A stretch of DNA of 64,000 bases, from contig CAUYUJ010000003.1 of the NCBI GenBank assembly GCA_963575745.1, positions 558,001-622,000 of the forward strand, written 5' to 3'. The translations under genes were made by a program, and so were the position numbers. Below, piece by piece: positions 25,880 to 37,160 of this stretch (within the stretch, counting starts at the first letter, position 1; each line of letters starts with the position of its first letter). The notes beneath the pieces were generated by a model. The model saw nothing but the letters and a program-made list of their open reading frames with translations. It ran no database searches and was not told the DNA's origin. Origin of the DNA: Prorocentrum cordatum (lineage: Eukaryota).

Positions 25880-26480
25880 TAAGCGACACCAAATTGCCAG
25901 GGGTGCGTGGCCGTGGCCGCGGCCAGACGCCCCCCCCCCCCCTTCGCGTGCTCGTGGCCCCCCGCGCACCGCGCGGCCAGATACCATGACCAAGGCGCAT
26001 GGGTAAACCATCTCCAAGACTTCCGGGTCAACGTGTCCGTGGCTGTGGCCGCCATGCCGCACCTGCACCCGTCGAGGTCCACGAAGAAGAAACCAGGCGT
26101 CGCGTGAATCCGTGCGCGCGCCCTGAGACGGTACAACCATGCCCCCAAAGGATCTTCAATAGATACGAAAAGCTTCAAATATATTATGTAGAACGCCAAG
26201 TCTCCACAAGCCATTGCGAAACGCATCGTCGCACGATGCCGTGGATTGGGCCAGTCGCAAGGGCCATTCTACAATCGGGAGCGATATGGGCAATGAAGGG
26301 CCTCTCTTCCCTGATCATGGTGCGCAAACGCTGCATGCTAGAGCGGCGCGTCCAATCCCAGCCGGTCTTCTTGTCCACGGGGCCCGTCGCCGCGAGGCCC
26401 TTCTCGCGGACACACCGCGTCAAGATCTCGTCGCCGGACCCCACCTCCAAGAAATGTTTGCCGGACGCCCCGCCGATGTC
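25880..26480 (-). pseudogene. Cytosine DNA methyltransferase-like domain inside Gypsy pol (frameshifted near 26200)
   Basis: Motif I-like FLEVGSGDEILT, then GPVDKKTGWDW, motif IV-like HIAPDCR (PC), motif VI-like SIEDP (ENP), DGCRCGM..RKSWRWFT (DxCxxG..RKxT), RCAGGHEH and terminal THPWQF (YP). This resembles the retrotransposon-borne DNMTs known from dinoflagellates. Confidence 0.75.
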
Positions 26481-26639
26481 CACGAAGTCCCGGTCGCGCC
26501 GCCTGAGCTGCGCAACCGCGCGGCCCATGTGCCCCCCCATGCGCCCGGGGATGTCGGAGAGCCGCGTCTCCGTTGTAGTCGGTGAGCTCGGCGTAGACGG
26601 CGCTGGCACGTCGCGACCGCCAGGGCGGCCAGGCGCTTC

Positions 26640-26900
26640 CGCGGCAAGCTGTTGCACCTCGCCTGGCCCGGCGCGCCCGCCAGGCAGTCGAGGGGGCGCG
26701 TCGGCGGCCGGCCGCGCTCCGCCCATCCCGGCGCGCCCGCCGGGCGGTCGGAGGGGCGCCGCGGCGGCGGCCTGAACTCCGCCCACCCCGGCGTGCCCGC
26801 CAGGCGGTCGGAGGGGCGCTGCGGTAGCGGGCTGCGCCTCGCCCATCCCGGCGTGCCCACCAGGAGGTCGAGGGGGCGCTTGGTGGCCAGCTGGCGCCTG
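26640..26900 (+). repeat. 60-bp tandem repeat x~4 in the RNase H-DNMT linker (APLRPPGGxAG units)
   Basis: ccggcg(c/t)gcccgccaggcggtcggaggggcgc recurs every 60 nt. Confidence 0.85.
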
Positions 26901-27199
26901 CGGCGGCTCCTCCTCCACGACGGGAGCCGCGCGTGCGAGCCATGGAGGTTGTCGAGGCGCTGGCGGCGGCTCCGCAGGCTCTGGGGGCGAAGCTGGACAC
27001 CCGTCAAATGGCCCCGTGCCGAACTGGGCGTCGCCACGCTGCTGTGCTCCGCGGCCTGGCGGTGCAGCAGCCCAAGGTTCCAATCCCATGTCCCGTCTTC
27101 GCTGCTCGATTTTCTGCGGCAGGTCGTCCGGGTGGGCGAACGGCTTCTCGACGAAGTCCCGAACTGGCCGGGCCGACGACGCAGGGATAGCCAAGTGCG

Positions 27200-28490
27200 A
27201 ACCCACGCGCGATTGCCATGGCGCCCTGCTGCCGGCATCGGCGAGGACGTTCGCTTCCCCAGCGATCCACGCACGCGGCGCGTTCGCAAGCGTGTCCTGC
27301 GCCTCGGCAACCCAAGCCATCAGCTTCTTGGTCGCTCGGTTCTTCAACGCGCACTCAGCGCGTTCTATGTTCTCGTGGTCGAAGAAAGTGAATGCAACGA
27401 ATCCCTCGGTCCACTTTGACGTCGCGGCGACGCCCTCCTTCCACGTTGCTCAAAAGCTGACCACCTCGTGGCCGCGCCCTCGAACGAACGAGCGACCACC
27501 CCGATAACTCGCGGCGCGCCGCCGGGCGAGTCACGCTGACACAGAACAGCGGCCCGCGCGACATCCCTTGCGTCCAAATGCAACTCGAATGGTCTGCCGC
27601 TCTCGTAGGGCCGCGCTGCTGGGCGTGACCAAAACGACCTGCTCGAGCAGCGTCTCGATTAACCGCGCTCTGGCTGCCTGGGCCTCCGCGTCCGCGGCGT
27701 AGCCCGTGGAATCTGCACCCTCTTTGCTTGCATTTCTCTGGGAACTCTCGCAGGTACTCTCGCAGGTACTGACAAAATGCAAGGTTAGAGATAATGTCGC
27801 TGCCATTCCGGCACTCAGGCCACGCCCGTAATTGGTCAACTTTGGCAGGGTCAACGCGACGACCGTTCTCACCAACAATAAAACCTATGACAAACGTCTC
27901 GGTGAATCCAAATCGACGCTTGTCCAGTCGGTATTGCATGCCGTTCTCTCGTGCTCGTGCGAAGAGTCGAAGCATCGACGAAATATGCCCCTCCAAAGTC
28001 CAATCGGAGACGCGCGTGTCGTCGAAGAAGACGTCTGCCAGCTTCTCGCTTGTAGGTTTGTACTCCGATCCGATTGTGCTCTCTTGGATGTGCTGGTAGA
28101 TGGCCGGCGCCTGCTTCGGCCCTAACTGAAGGCGGCAAAAGATGCACATGCCGCAATGGCGATGATTGTCTGCCCCAGAGCTGTCTCTGAGTCGTTTTCA
28201 ACGCCACTGTGCCCCCAAACGCAATCGAGAGTCGCGTGGTATCCCTTGCCCATGGCGCGCTGGAGCACCGACTCCGCGTCTGGAGCTGGCCAAAAGACGT
28301 CCTCTGCGGCCTTGTTGTAGCACGTGCGATCACCAATCATACGCCCAAGTAAAGAACCCAGCCGTTCAACCCTGAAAACTGGTGTCACCATAGGCGGCAT
28401 AGGGTCATCACGGGTCCGCTCGCAGAGCTTGCCGTCTTTGATGTGCTCCTCGATGTGGTGCGAAATGCGGGCCTCGTTGGACTTGGACAT
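27200..28490 (-). pseudogene. Gypsy reverse transcriptase and RNase H (frameshifted)
   Basis: RT: PVFRVE..GRMIGDRTCYN..WPAP, TLDCVWGHSGV, LQLGPKQAPAIYQ, VFFDD (YxDD), RRFGFTETFVIGFIVGENGRRVDPAKV..W-P. RNase H: LHLDARDVARAAVLCQ..ARSFEGAATRWSAFE, FFDHEN, WIAGEANVLADAGSR. Confidence 0.92.
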
Positions 28491-28892
28491 CGCGTGCGTT
28501 TGCCTTGCCCATAGCTCCCGGCTTCATCTCGACGTGGGCCTGGTGCCCGCGGATTTTGGGCGTGGGGGCGCCTTCTGTCCATGGGCAATCAGACGCAGGC
28601 CTAATCACGCGCTCGCAGATCGCATCCAAGAGCTTGTCTGGGGCCAGCTTCTTGTCGCGGACAATCTGGCAATGAAGATCCCGATGCTCGCCAGAGGTCT
28701 GGTCGTACTCGGGCGCGTCGAACTTCCCCCTCTCGGTCTCGATCTCGGCCGTAAGCTCGCCGAAATGTTTCGCCTCGTCGGTCCGCAGTTTTGCCTTGTA
28801 CTTGGCAGTTGCGGCCCGTCGCCTGTCCAAGGGTAGAGCGTCGTAGTCCCCCAGGATGGAAGCTAGTTCCAACCGGTGTTCCATATTTGCCA

Positions 28893-29660
28893 TTACTTCC
28901 AGCTCTTCGTCTCCATCCGTCGCAATCTGCACGCAAATCTTCCGGGCACGGGCGCCAATGTCGTCTTGCCATGAAATTTGTTCATTGCCATAATCGTCGC
29001 ACCAAGTTCCCCACTGAAACTGATAGGAAGGACCGGACAGTTCAACGCGTGAGCCTCGTCATCAATTCCTTCGCACCACAATTGCCCGTGCATGCCCTGC
29101 GCTTCCACCTCGGCCCCGTCAAGGGCGACGGCGACCCCCGCCCAACCGGTGTCCGACATGTCGATTGGCGGTAACGGCCTGGATGCACTCGTCGGCCCGG
29201 CGCGCCCGCCAGGCCCTGCGCGCCCGCTCGAAACGCGCGAACGCAAAGAAGCAATGGCCTCGCGTCGGCCAGACCGCTGCGGTGGAAAGACTCGGCCCAG
29301 GAAACGGCCGAACAGGTGCACGCAAGAACGGCGAATATCGCAGCCGAAGTCGGACTCGATACTCGGCATGCCGAAGATGAACGGGTCACCTAAGACAGAA
29401 AACTCGTTGAACGTGATGAGCAGATCCAGCATGTCTGGCTTCCCGCCCTCCGTCTTGCGCCCCTTGACCGTCGCCGCCCAGTCGCTCTCGCACTCCGTGA
29501 CCTTCACTATGTCGTTCGTGAAGCCACCGATTTCCTCCTTGTCGATCGCCCGGCGCTCGCGGAACGAATGGCCCCCGCTCTGGCGCTGCAACCAAGACAG
29601 ATCTTTGTCGATGGCGCCCAAATCGCTGCCGCTATCCACAAGAGCGCGGACCTCTATAAT
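28893..29660 (-). pseudogene. Gypsy aspartic protease
   Basis: ALVDSGSDLGAID catalytic motif, with downstream FIFGMPSI (ILG-x-D/P-like). Confidence 0.8.
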
Positions 29661-29887
29661 GGCCCGAGGTGGACCGGAATCCGGCGCGGAGCCGGAAGAA
29701 GAGACTCTCCAAAGGGATACCCGTCACCTCCATCACTGAGCCCGTCTCCAGCAGCCTCTCGGCGACGGCGCGTAAGATCGCAGCTGGCGTCGGAATCACA
29801 ACCGCTGCAGTTGGCCGCGAACCAGTTCCCACCATTGCAATGCTGATCTCACTCACAAGTCGTACGCCGAAAAGCGCGTAGACGCAA

Positions 29888-30510
29888 CTAGGACATGCAA
29901 TGCCGGCTCGCGCCGGCCCGCCAATCGGAGTCGCAATGGATATTCTCTCCGATCACAGCAGCGCGTTTGGCGACTTGACTAACCCATTCGTTTCTCGGGC
30001 GACCAACCTTCTTCACGAATCTCTCCGCTGCCAAAACGTGCGTTCCAGGGATGAAAGCGCGCTTCTTCAATTCGTCCCCCTCCAACGCACGCACCACTCA
30101 TCTCTTCCATATCATAGCAGTTGTTGTTGCAGTAGTCTGCGTGAAACGTGTACCCGGCCTGCCTTCTCCAACGCTGTCTTGTTTGAAAGTCGCGAAATCA
30201 ATGATAATTTTATTCGTAAAATGACGCGCAAACGTCGGCAATAGAAGCCGTCGACTCGGCGAACGTCTGCTGCCCGCAGCCACGCGGAGCTCAGCCCATA
30301 CAAGAAACGGCTCATGATGACTGCTTCAAGGACTTCCACTTTCCGGGGAAGCGGCAGCTCCGTTCGCTTCCAGAAGATATTGAGCTTGCAGAACTCCCCC
30401 CAAGCGTGGCCGATCTTGCGGTGGCTCTCGCGACTCACATTCCCGTCGGGACGGATGTCGACTCCAAGGTGCTGCAAGGCTTCGCCTATAAGGATGGTGC
30501 CCCCAATTGG
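29888..30510 (-). mobile_element. 5'-truncated LINE (RTE/L2-like) RT thumb/3' fragment nested between gag and protease
   Basis: LQHLGVDIRPDG..IGHAWGEFCKLNIFW..RKVEVLEAVIMSRFLYG..RVDGFYCRRLRVILRI..SRLSN..QQLL, then KKVGRPRNEW. This is the typical C-terminus of a non-LTR RT. Confidence 0.8.
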
Positions 30511-30917
30511 AGTCTGTACTTGGCACACAACCACTGCGCACCCGCATGCCAATCAACTAACCCCAGCGCCTCCGCGTTGAGACTCCAAGCCGGTATCCGC
30601 GTAGAGGTTGGTCCGGTTGTCCATGATGAGCTCGTCCTCCCAGTCCGCCTGGATCGCCCCGTTGACGCGGGTGCTTGATCCAGCCACTGTACTGGTAGTG
30701 GTGGTAGCCGTGCTGGTAGACGTAGTAGCTGTAGAAGTAGAGGTAAAGAACGAGATGATGCTGTACATGATGAACACCAGCATGACGACAGCAACAAAAA
30801 CATGCAGAACAAGGTGGTGGCAACAAAGTGTGGCTCTCTCTCTCCCCCTGGGAGAACTGCAGCCACTGGTGCGACAAACGATCGTGCGGGCTCAGTCGCC
30901 GTTGGCTCAGTCACCGT

Positions 30918-31093
30918 GCTGCCGGGCAGCTCTGGTGGTCGTGCACATGGCTCTGTCGCCGGGCTGCCGGGCAGCTCTGGAAGTCGTGGACCTGGCTCTG
31001 TAGCCGGGCTGCCGGGCAGCTGCGGAGGTTGTGGACCTGGCTCTGTAACCGCGCTGCCGGGCAGCTGTGGAGGTCGTGGACCTGGCTCTGTAG
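30918..31093 (+). repeat. 45-bp tandem repeat x4 (encodes ATEPGPRPPQLPGSP-like units on minus)
   Basis: gctgccgggcagct..gg..gtcgtggacctggctctgt recurs every 45 nt. Confidence 0.9.
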
Positions 31094-31749
31094 CCATCTC
31101 GTTCAAACAGACCTCATCACAGAAAGAATGTATCAAAGATCCGGTCTGCTCCCGGTCCTTGTCATACTCTGGCGTGAAGATCTCTGGGTCGAACTCGCTG
31201 TCCTCGTAGTCCGAGTCGTGGGCGGCTGGGTAGTAGGTGCGCCACTGCTGCGCGCTGAGCACGCGCGCGCAAGACATCCGCCGGAGGCCACCTCCTGGAA
31301 GGCGCCTTTCGACGCCAACAGCACTGCGCATGGCCCCACCTCCGGTGGACGATGCCAGCCCCTGCTGAGACCACTGCCAAGCACGGTGCTGCTCGGGTGT
31401 CATCATGACTGGCACTGTCGGAGGCGCCGGTGGCGGAGCGCAGGCGCCTGCGGCCGGGGCCCGCCGCGCGGGCCACGACGGCGCCGCGTTGGCTGCAGCT
31501 GAAGATGCCGCTGGCCCCTGCGGCGGGGCCCGCGTCTCTGGCCAGGGCCCGGCCGGCGCGTAGCCTGCCCGAGCTGCTGCCGCCGCCGCCGCCTGCCCTG
31601 AGGGCTCCTGCTGTGGCTGCGCCTGCTGCTGTTGGCTCGGCGGCCCTGCTGGTTCTCCCGCCGGTGGCGGTTCCTGCTGCTGCCGGGGGTCTTGCCGCTG
31701 CCAAGGGCCCTGCTGTTGCCAGGGGTCCTCGCCGCCTTCGGCGCTGCAA

Positions 31750-33046
31750 GACTTCACCTGGCGCTGCGGCGGAGGCCGCCCGTGCTCCTCCTGGTGCCTC
31801 TGCGCGCGGTGTCGCGCCGAATGCTTTGCGCTGTCGCACCTGTACTTGCCGTAGACGAGGCGTCCGCACGCGCTGTTGGGCCCCGCTTTGGACTCGCTAG
31901 TGATCCGGGGGTCACTTCGTGCAAGGTCGTTCGGGCACTTCTTCGCGTCTGGGTGGTGGCAGCCACAGTCTGCGCACCGCGGTCCCGAGTTGCAGACCTG
32001 CGTCTTGGGCTTGGCTGGGCACTTTATGGGGCCTTTACCTCCGCGCTGTCCTGCCCCTCCTGCTCCGCCCCACGGCCGGCCATCTGGGCAGCGTCGGCCT
32101 GGTTCGACATGGCCGCGACGCGGTCCCTCTCCTGCTGGATGGCCGCAGACATGAAACCACCCTCGTCGGCAGGAACGGACGCAGTAGGGAAGGCTGGTGG
32201 TGCCTCCTGTGCTCCGCGGCTGTCGCAGGCCCCCTGGTTGCTGCTCTGCGCCTCGCCGCGCATGGCGTTCGCGCGCCCTCCAGGGCTCCGCCGGTGCGTC
32301 TCGATGCACAGATTCACCAACCCCATCGCGTGGCCCAGGTTCCGCACCTGCTGGCATCCAGTCTGCTGGACGATGAAGGCGTCGACAGACGGCGTCGCAC
32401 GGCGCTCCAGGAACTCATTCGCGTGCCAGCGCTCGTTGACAGCCAGGGGCGCCCCGACCGCTGCCTGCAATTCCGGACTCGTGCCCTCGGCGGCCATGGC
32501 GTGCATGATCGCGTCTGCCTGCGGGATCAAGCCGAACTTGTGCATCGCGCGCCGGCCCCGGCGCCACCTCTGGACCAAGTTCTCTGCCTCTTGCACGGAG
32601 TCGTGGTGCATCTTTGCCTCGGCGTAGATCCCCCCTGCGATCCGACCTTCCTAGCGTCGCTGAGGCGCAGCTCCGTCTGGACCGCGTGAATGAGGGCCTG
32701 GCACAGCTGTGCCCCCACCTGGTCGCGGTTCCCCTGGGGAACCCTGTTCTGAATCGCCCGCTGCAACTGCTGGAAAAGCAGCGCCCCGGCGGCCAGCGCC
32801 AGCTCGATGATGCCCCTTGCGTCGCCGGTGGCGCACGCCTGTAGCTGTCGAAAGTCGGCCTCCGAAGGGCCCGTCACACCGGCGTCGCCGAGGTCGATCT
32901 CGAACTGGATAACCTCCAAGAGCAACTGCTTCTGACTCGTAGCGGTAATCCTGGTGATCTCCCGCTTGTTGCCACTCCACACTCTGTGCCAAACGTTGGG
33001 CGCTGTCCGCCTGCTGCGTGACAGCCCACGTCATAGCCTGCGCCAT
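31750..33046 (-). pseudogene. gag-like ORF (frameshifted) with Cys/His-rich nucleocapsid-like region
   Basis: Overlapping ORFs 32651-33046, 32527-32982, 32024-32611 and 30486-32357 follow directly after the PBS. Motifs CADCGCHHPDAKKC and CGRLVYGKYRCDSAKHSARH are followed by a Pro/Gln/Ala-rich linker. Confidence 0.65.
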
Positions 33047-33133
33047 GCGTTCAAGGTTCGCAGTTTTTGCTACTGTCCAGTCGTAAGAAATACGAGTTCA
33101 AATCACTGGACAACGTCGTCGGTCTGATCCGCT

Positions 33134-33151
33134 TTTCCGGAGCAGCCCCCA
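33134..33151 (-). promoter_or_regulatory. Primer-binding site, probably tRNA-Pro
   Basis: TGGGGGCTGCTCCGGAAA begins 2 nt after the 5' LTR and resembles the known tRNA-Pro PBS TGGGGGCTCGTCCGGGAT. Confidence 0.75.
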
Positions 33152-33153
33152 GT

Positions 33154-33933
33154 TGTTGACGGAGGGTCCGTCTCTTTTGTTTTGGTAGATGTCTTATCAT
33201 TCGATTGGATTTCGTCTGGATCAACAGCTGTGATGTCGAACCAATGAATGCAACGAGGTGGATGAGGGATGTTTGTTCTCACGTCTATACGCCGCAGTGG
33301 TCACACTGCCAGTCCTCGAAGCGGCGCTTCTTGGCACGGCGTGCCTCTGCCTCGTCCTTGCGAGGCCCACGACATCCCTTCTTACGAGTCGTGGTTAAAA
33401 GGTATATGTACAAAGGTTGCCAGTGTGGCCAGCGAGTTTAAAGCGAGCGGAGCTCGCGCGGTAGCTCGGCCGGTGTGCCCGCCAGCCTTGAGCCTTGAGC
33501 CAACATTGGTGCGGATGGCAAACGTGAGCGTTACGTAACGTATGCCGTGCAATTACTATATTATACAGAGCCTCCAGAGAGGCCCCCAAAATAATTGAAA
33601 CGCATTTACCTTCATACTGCACTTTGTGAACGTCTCTGAGAGCTTGTGTCGCAACGGTTGCTCTCTGTCTCTCCCTGCGGCGGCTAAAGACGCACAAGGC
33701 CTCCAGCTGTTGGCGCGAGGCCTCCAGCACTCGGAATCAGAGAGCGGGCGGTCCAAAGTCTAGGAAAAATCCGTATATAAACTGTACAATGCGGTCCGGT
33801 ACAAATATGATATACAAGTCGGGCGTTGTACAACAAGTGCTCTGCGACAGGCCACGTCTCTCTCTTCTGATGCTACTCTGCAGCGTGTCATGTAGACGGG
33901 TGTCCAAAGTCCGGATTCCAGGGGTCCTTCACA
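33154..33933 (-). repeat. 5' LTR of the Gypsy element (780 bp)
   Basis: Aligns by eye along its full length with 21543-22343 (e.g. tgttgacggagggtccg..., ...gggtccttcaca). It has TG/CA termini and is followed by the PBS on minus. Confidence 0.95.
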
Positions 33934-34029
33934 GCAAAGTTGCTGGACGGGCTGGTGTGGATGCGCGGGGCTTGAAGAGGTCGTTGCGGGCTCAGACGGC
34001 ATGCAACAATCCGCCGCCGCGCTTGTGCG

Positions 34030-34860
34030 GCATTGGTTTGTTCACTGAATGTGGTTTAGGTCGCGGGTGGGTCGCGGGCTCTCCACCCCCACCTGGAAGG
34101 AATGCAAAAGCAGCCCGCCGCAGGCGCCGACAAAAATTCGTTTGTACACTGAACGTGGTTTGGGTCGCGGGTGGGCCGCGGGTTCTCCACCGGGAACGGA
34201 TGCAAAAGATGCCCGCCGCAGGCGCCGAAAAATATGGTTTGTACACTGAACGTGGTCGCGGGTGGGCCGCGGGCTCTCCATCTGAAACGAATGCAAAAGA
34301 TGCCCGCCGCAGGCGCCGAAAAATGTGGTTTGTACCCTGAACGTGGTTTGGGTCGCGAGTTGGTCACGGGGTGGGTCGCGGGCTCTCCATCTGAAACGAA
34401 ATCAAAAGATGCCCGCCGCAGGCGCCGAAAAATGTGGTTTGTACCCTGAACGTGGTTTGGGTCGCGAGTTGGTCATGGGGTGGGTCGCGGGCTCTCCACC
34501 TGGAAGGACTGCAAAAAACGCCCGCCGCAGGCGCCCGCCGCAGGCGCCGACGCGGTTTGGGTCGCGGGAGGGTCGCGGGTGGGTCGCGGGGTAGGTCGCG
34601 GTGGGTCGGGGTGGTCGCGGGTGGGTCGCGGGGTGGGTCGCGGGTGGGTCGCGGGTGGGTCGCGGGTGGGTCGCGGGGGTGGGGTCGCGGGTGGGTCGCG
34701 GGGTGGGTCGCGGGGTGGGTCGCGGGGTGGGTCGCGGGGTGGGTCGCGGGGTGGGTCGCGGGGTGGGTCGCGGGTGGGTCGCGGGTGGGTCGCGGGTGGG
34801 TCGCGGGGTGGGTCGCGGGGTGGGTCGCGGGTGGGTCGCGGGGCGGGTCGCGGGTGGGAC
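34030..34860 (+). repeat. ~100-120-bp tandem units x5 grading into an 11/12-bp GGGTCGCGG(G)GT minisatellite
   Basis: gtac(a/c)ctgaacgtgg..gcccgccgcaggcgccgaaaaat is repeated; pure gggtcgcgggt covers 34560-34857. Confidence 0.9.
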
Positions 34861-34969
34861 GACGACAACAAACAACAACAAACGACGACGAGAATCCGCA
34901 CCGCGGAATTCCACTTCAGCCACGCACCCAGGGACAGTGAATGACCGTTCGGCCCCCTCACTCTGATAA

Positions 34970-35655
34970 TATTTTATTCTATGGTTTACAAATAAAATAA
35001 ATTTAGTATGTGTTACTTGTGCTCGTAGGTTTACATTTAGAAACAATAAGAAGACATACGACCATACGTAAAAAACAAATATGTATCTGTGGTTGGGCCC
35101 TGGGGATCCACGTAACATAACATAACATATTTTATGTTATTTGTATTAATAGGTTTACGATTAAAACAAATAAGAAACATACGACCATACATAAACCAAA
35201 CTATTTTATTGTATCTGTGGTTGGGCCCTGGGCATCCACGTAAAATGAAATAAACTATGGTGTTCATTTGTGTTAGTAGGTTTAGACTTAAAACAATAAG
35301 AAAACATACGGTCATCAGTAACATAGCATGTTTTATGTTATCTCTGGTTGGGCCCTGAAATTCCACGTAACATGACATAACACATGGTTTTCATGTGTGC
35401 TAGTAGGTTTACACTTACAAACAATAAGAAAACATACGGTCATACATAAAAACACATAGTTCATTGTATCTGTGGTTGGGCCCTGGGGATCCACGAAAAA
35501 TAAAATACAATATATTTATATCATTTGTGTTGGTAGGTTTTCACTTTAAACCAATAAGAAAACATATGCCCATACATAAGATAACATATGTTATTTTATG
35601 TATGGGTGGGCCCTGGGGATCCACGTCAAATAAAATACCATGTTGTATTTTATGT
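34970..35655 (+). repeat. AT-rich ~125-bp tandem repeat x5
   Basis: gtatctgtggttgggccctggggatccacgtaa...taggttta..aaacaataagaaaacatacg recurs. Confidence 0.9.
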
Positions 35656-35809
35656 TTGGCGCGCCCTCCCCGCCCTCCCTACCTCGCTCCCTCCTCTCCC
35701 TCGCCTCCCTCACCACCCTCCCTCCCTTCTCCTCCCTCCACCTCCTCCCTACCCTGCCTCCCTCCCTCCCCTCTCTACCTCCCTTCCTCCCTCCCTCCCC
35801 TCCCTCCAT

Positions 35810-37160
35810 GCTGGGGGGTCCACCGGAGCGACGACCTACCCAGATCATCCCTGGGGGCCTTCGATCTGCGAAACCGTCGCCACGTTCGAGGGCTGCTGGG
35901 GTAACCAGCTGAATGACGCCATACCCAGGTTCAAGTTTAACCTCGCAATCCCTGGGGGGCTGCGACCTGCGAAACTGACGCCACTTTCGAAGGCTGCTGG
36001 GGGGTCCAGCTGAGTGACGTCCTTCCCAGGTTCAAATTCGACCTCGCCATCCCGGGTGGGGTTGCGATCTGCGGCGTTGTCACCACTTTCAAGGGCCGCT
36101 GGGGGGTCCTGCGGAGCGCCGCCCCACCGAGATCCAAAATCGACCTCGCCATCCTTGGGTGGCTGCGATCTGCGGAACTGTAGCCACTTTCGAAAGCTGC
36201 AGGGGGGTCCATTGGAGTGACGTCTTACCCAGATTCAACATATACCTCGCCAGACCTGGTGAGCTGCGATGTGCGGAAGTGTCGCCACTTTCGAGGGCAG
36301 CTGGGGGTCCAGCGGAGTGACGACTTACCCTGATTCGGATTCGACCTCGCCATCGCTGGGGGGCTGCGACCTGCGGCGCTGCCGCAACTTTCGAAGGCTG
36401 CTGGGGGGTCCAGCGGAGTGACGTCTTACCCATATTCAAGTTAGGACCTCTCCGTCCCTGGGGGGGTGCGACCTGCGAAACTGCCGCCGCTTTCGAAGGC
36501 TGCTGGGGGTTCAGCGGAGTGACGTCTTCTTCAAATTCAAACTTGACGTCGCGATCCCTGGGGGGGCTGCGATCTGCGAAAACGTCGCCACTTTCGAAGA
36601 CTGCTGGGGGGTCGGGCGGGGTGACGTCTTACCCAGATTCGGACTCAAGCTTGCCATCCCTGGGAAGCTGCGATCTGCGACATTGTCGCCACGCTCGGAG
36701 GCTTTGCGAGTCCGGCGGAGGGACGTCCTGCAAGGAGTCAGGCTGGACCTCGCCATCCCTGGGGAGCTGCGATCTGCGGCGTTGTCGCCACCCTCGAAGT
36801 CTGCTGGGGGGCCCAGCGGAGTAACGTCTGACCCAGACTCAAGTTAGACCTCGCCATCCCTGGGGGGTCCAGCGGAGTGACGTCTTACCCAAATCCAGAT
36901 GAGACCTAGCCATCCCTGGGGAGCTGCGATCTGCAAAAGTGTAGTTTTTTTCGAAGGCTGCTGGGGGGTCCAGCGGGGTGACGTCTTACCCAAATGTGAT
37001 CTAAACCACGCTGTCCCTGGGGGGCTGCGAGCTGCGAAACTGTCGCCATTTTCGGAGGCTGCTCAGGGGTCCAGCGGAGCGAAATCTTACCCAAGTTCAA
37101 ATGCGACCTCGCCATCCCTGGGGGGCACTTCCGAAGGCTGCTGGGGGGTCCAGCGGGGCG
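35810..37160 (+). repeat. ~97-bp tandem satellite, ~14 copies
   Basis: ctggggggtccagcggagtgacgtcttaccc..gacctcgccatccctgggg..ctgcgatctgcg..ccactttcgaaggctg. Confidence 0.92.

Larger units (their letters stand above)
21543..33933 (-). mobile_element. Full-length, decayed Ty3/Gypsy LTR retrotransposon with extra cargo (DNMT-like plus unknown domains)
   Basis: Two ~0.8-kb direct repeats (21543-22343, 33154-33933) read TGTGAAGG...CCGTCAACA on minus. A 4-bp TSD GCAA lies at 21539-21542 and 33934-33937, and a PBS sits next to the upstream LTR. The internal order on minus is gag (Cys/His knuckle), protease, RT, RNase H, cargo, integrase, which is the Gypsy order. ORFs are broken by stops and frameshifts. 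Confidence 0.95.

Noticed and set aside
35810..37160. CRISPR-like periodicity of the 97-bp and 125-bp arrays
   Set aside because: The whole unit is homologous between copies, with no unique spacers.
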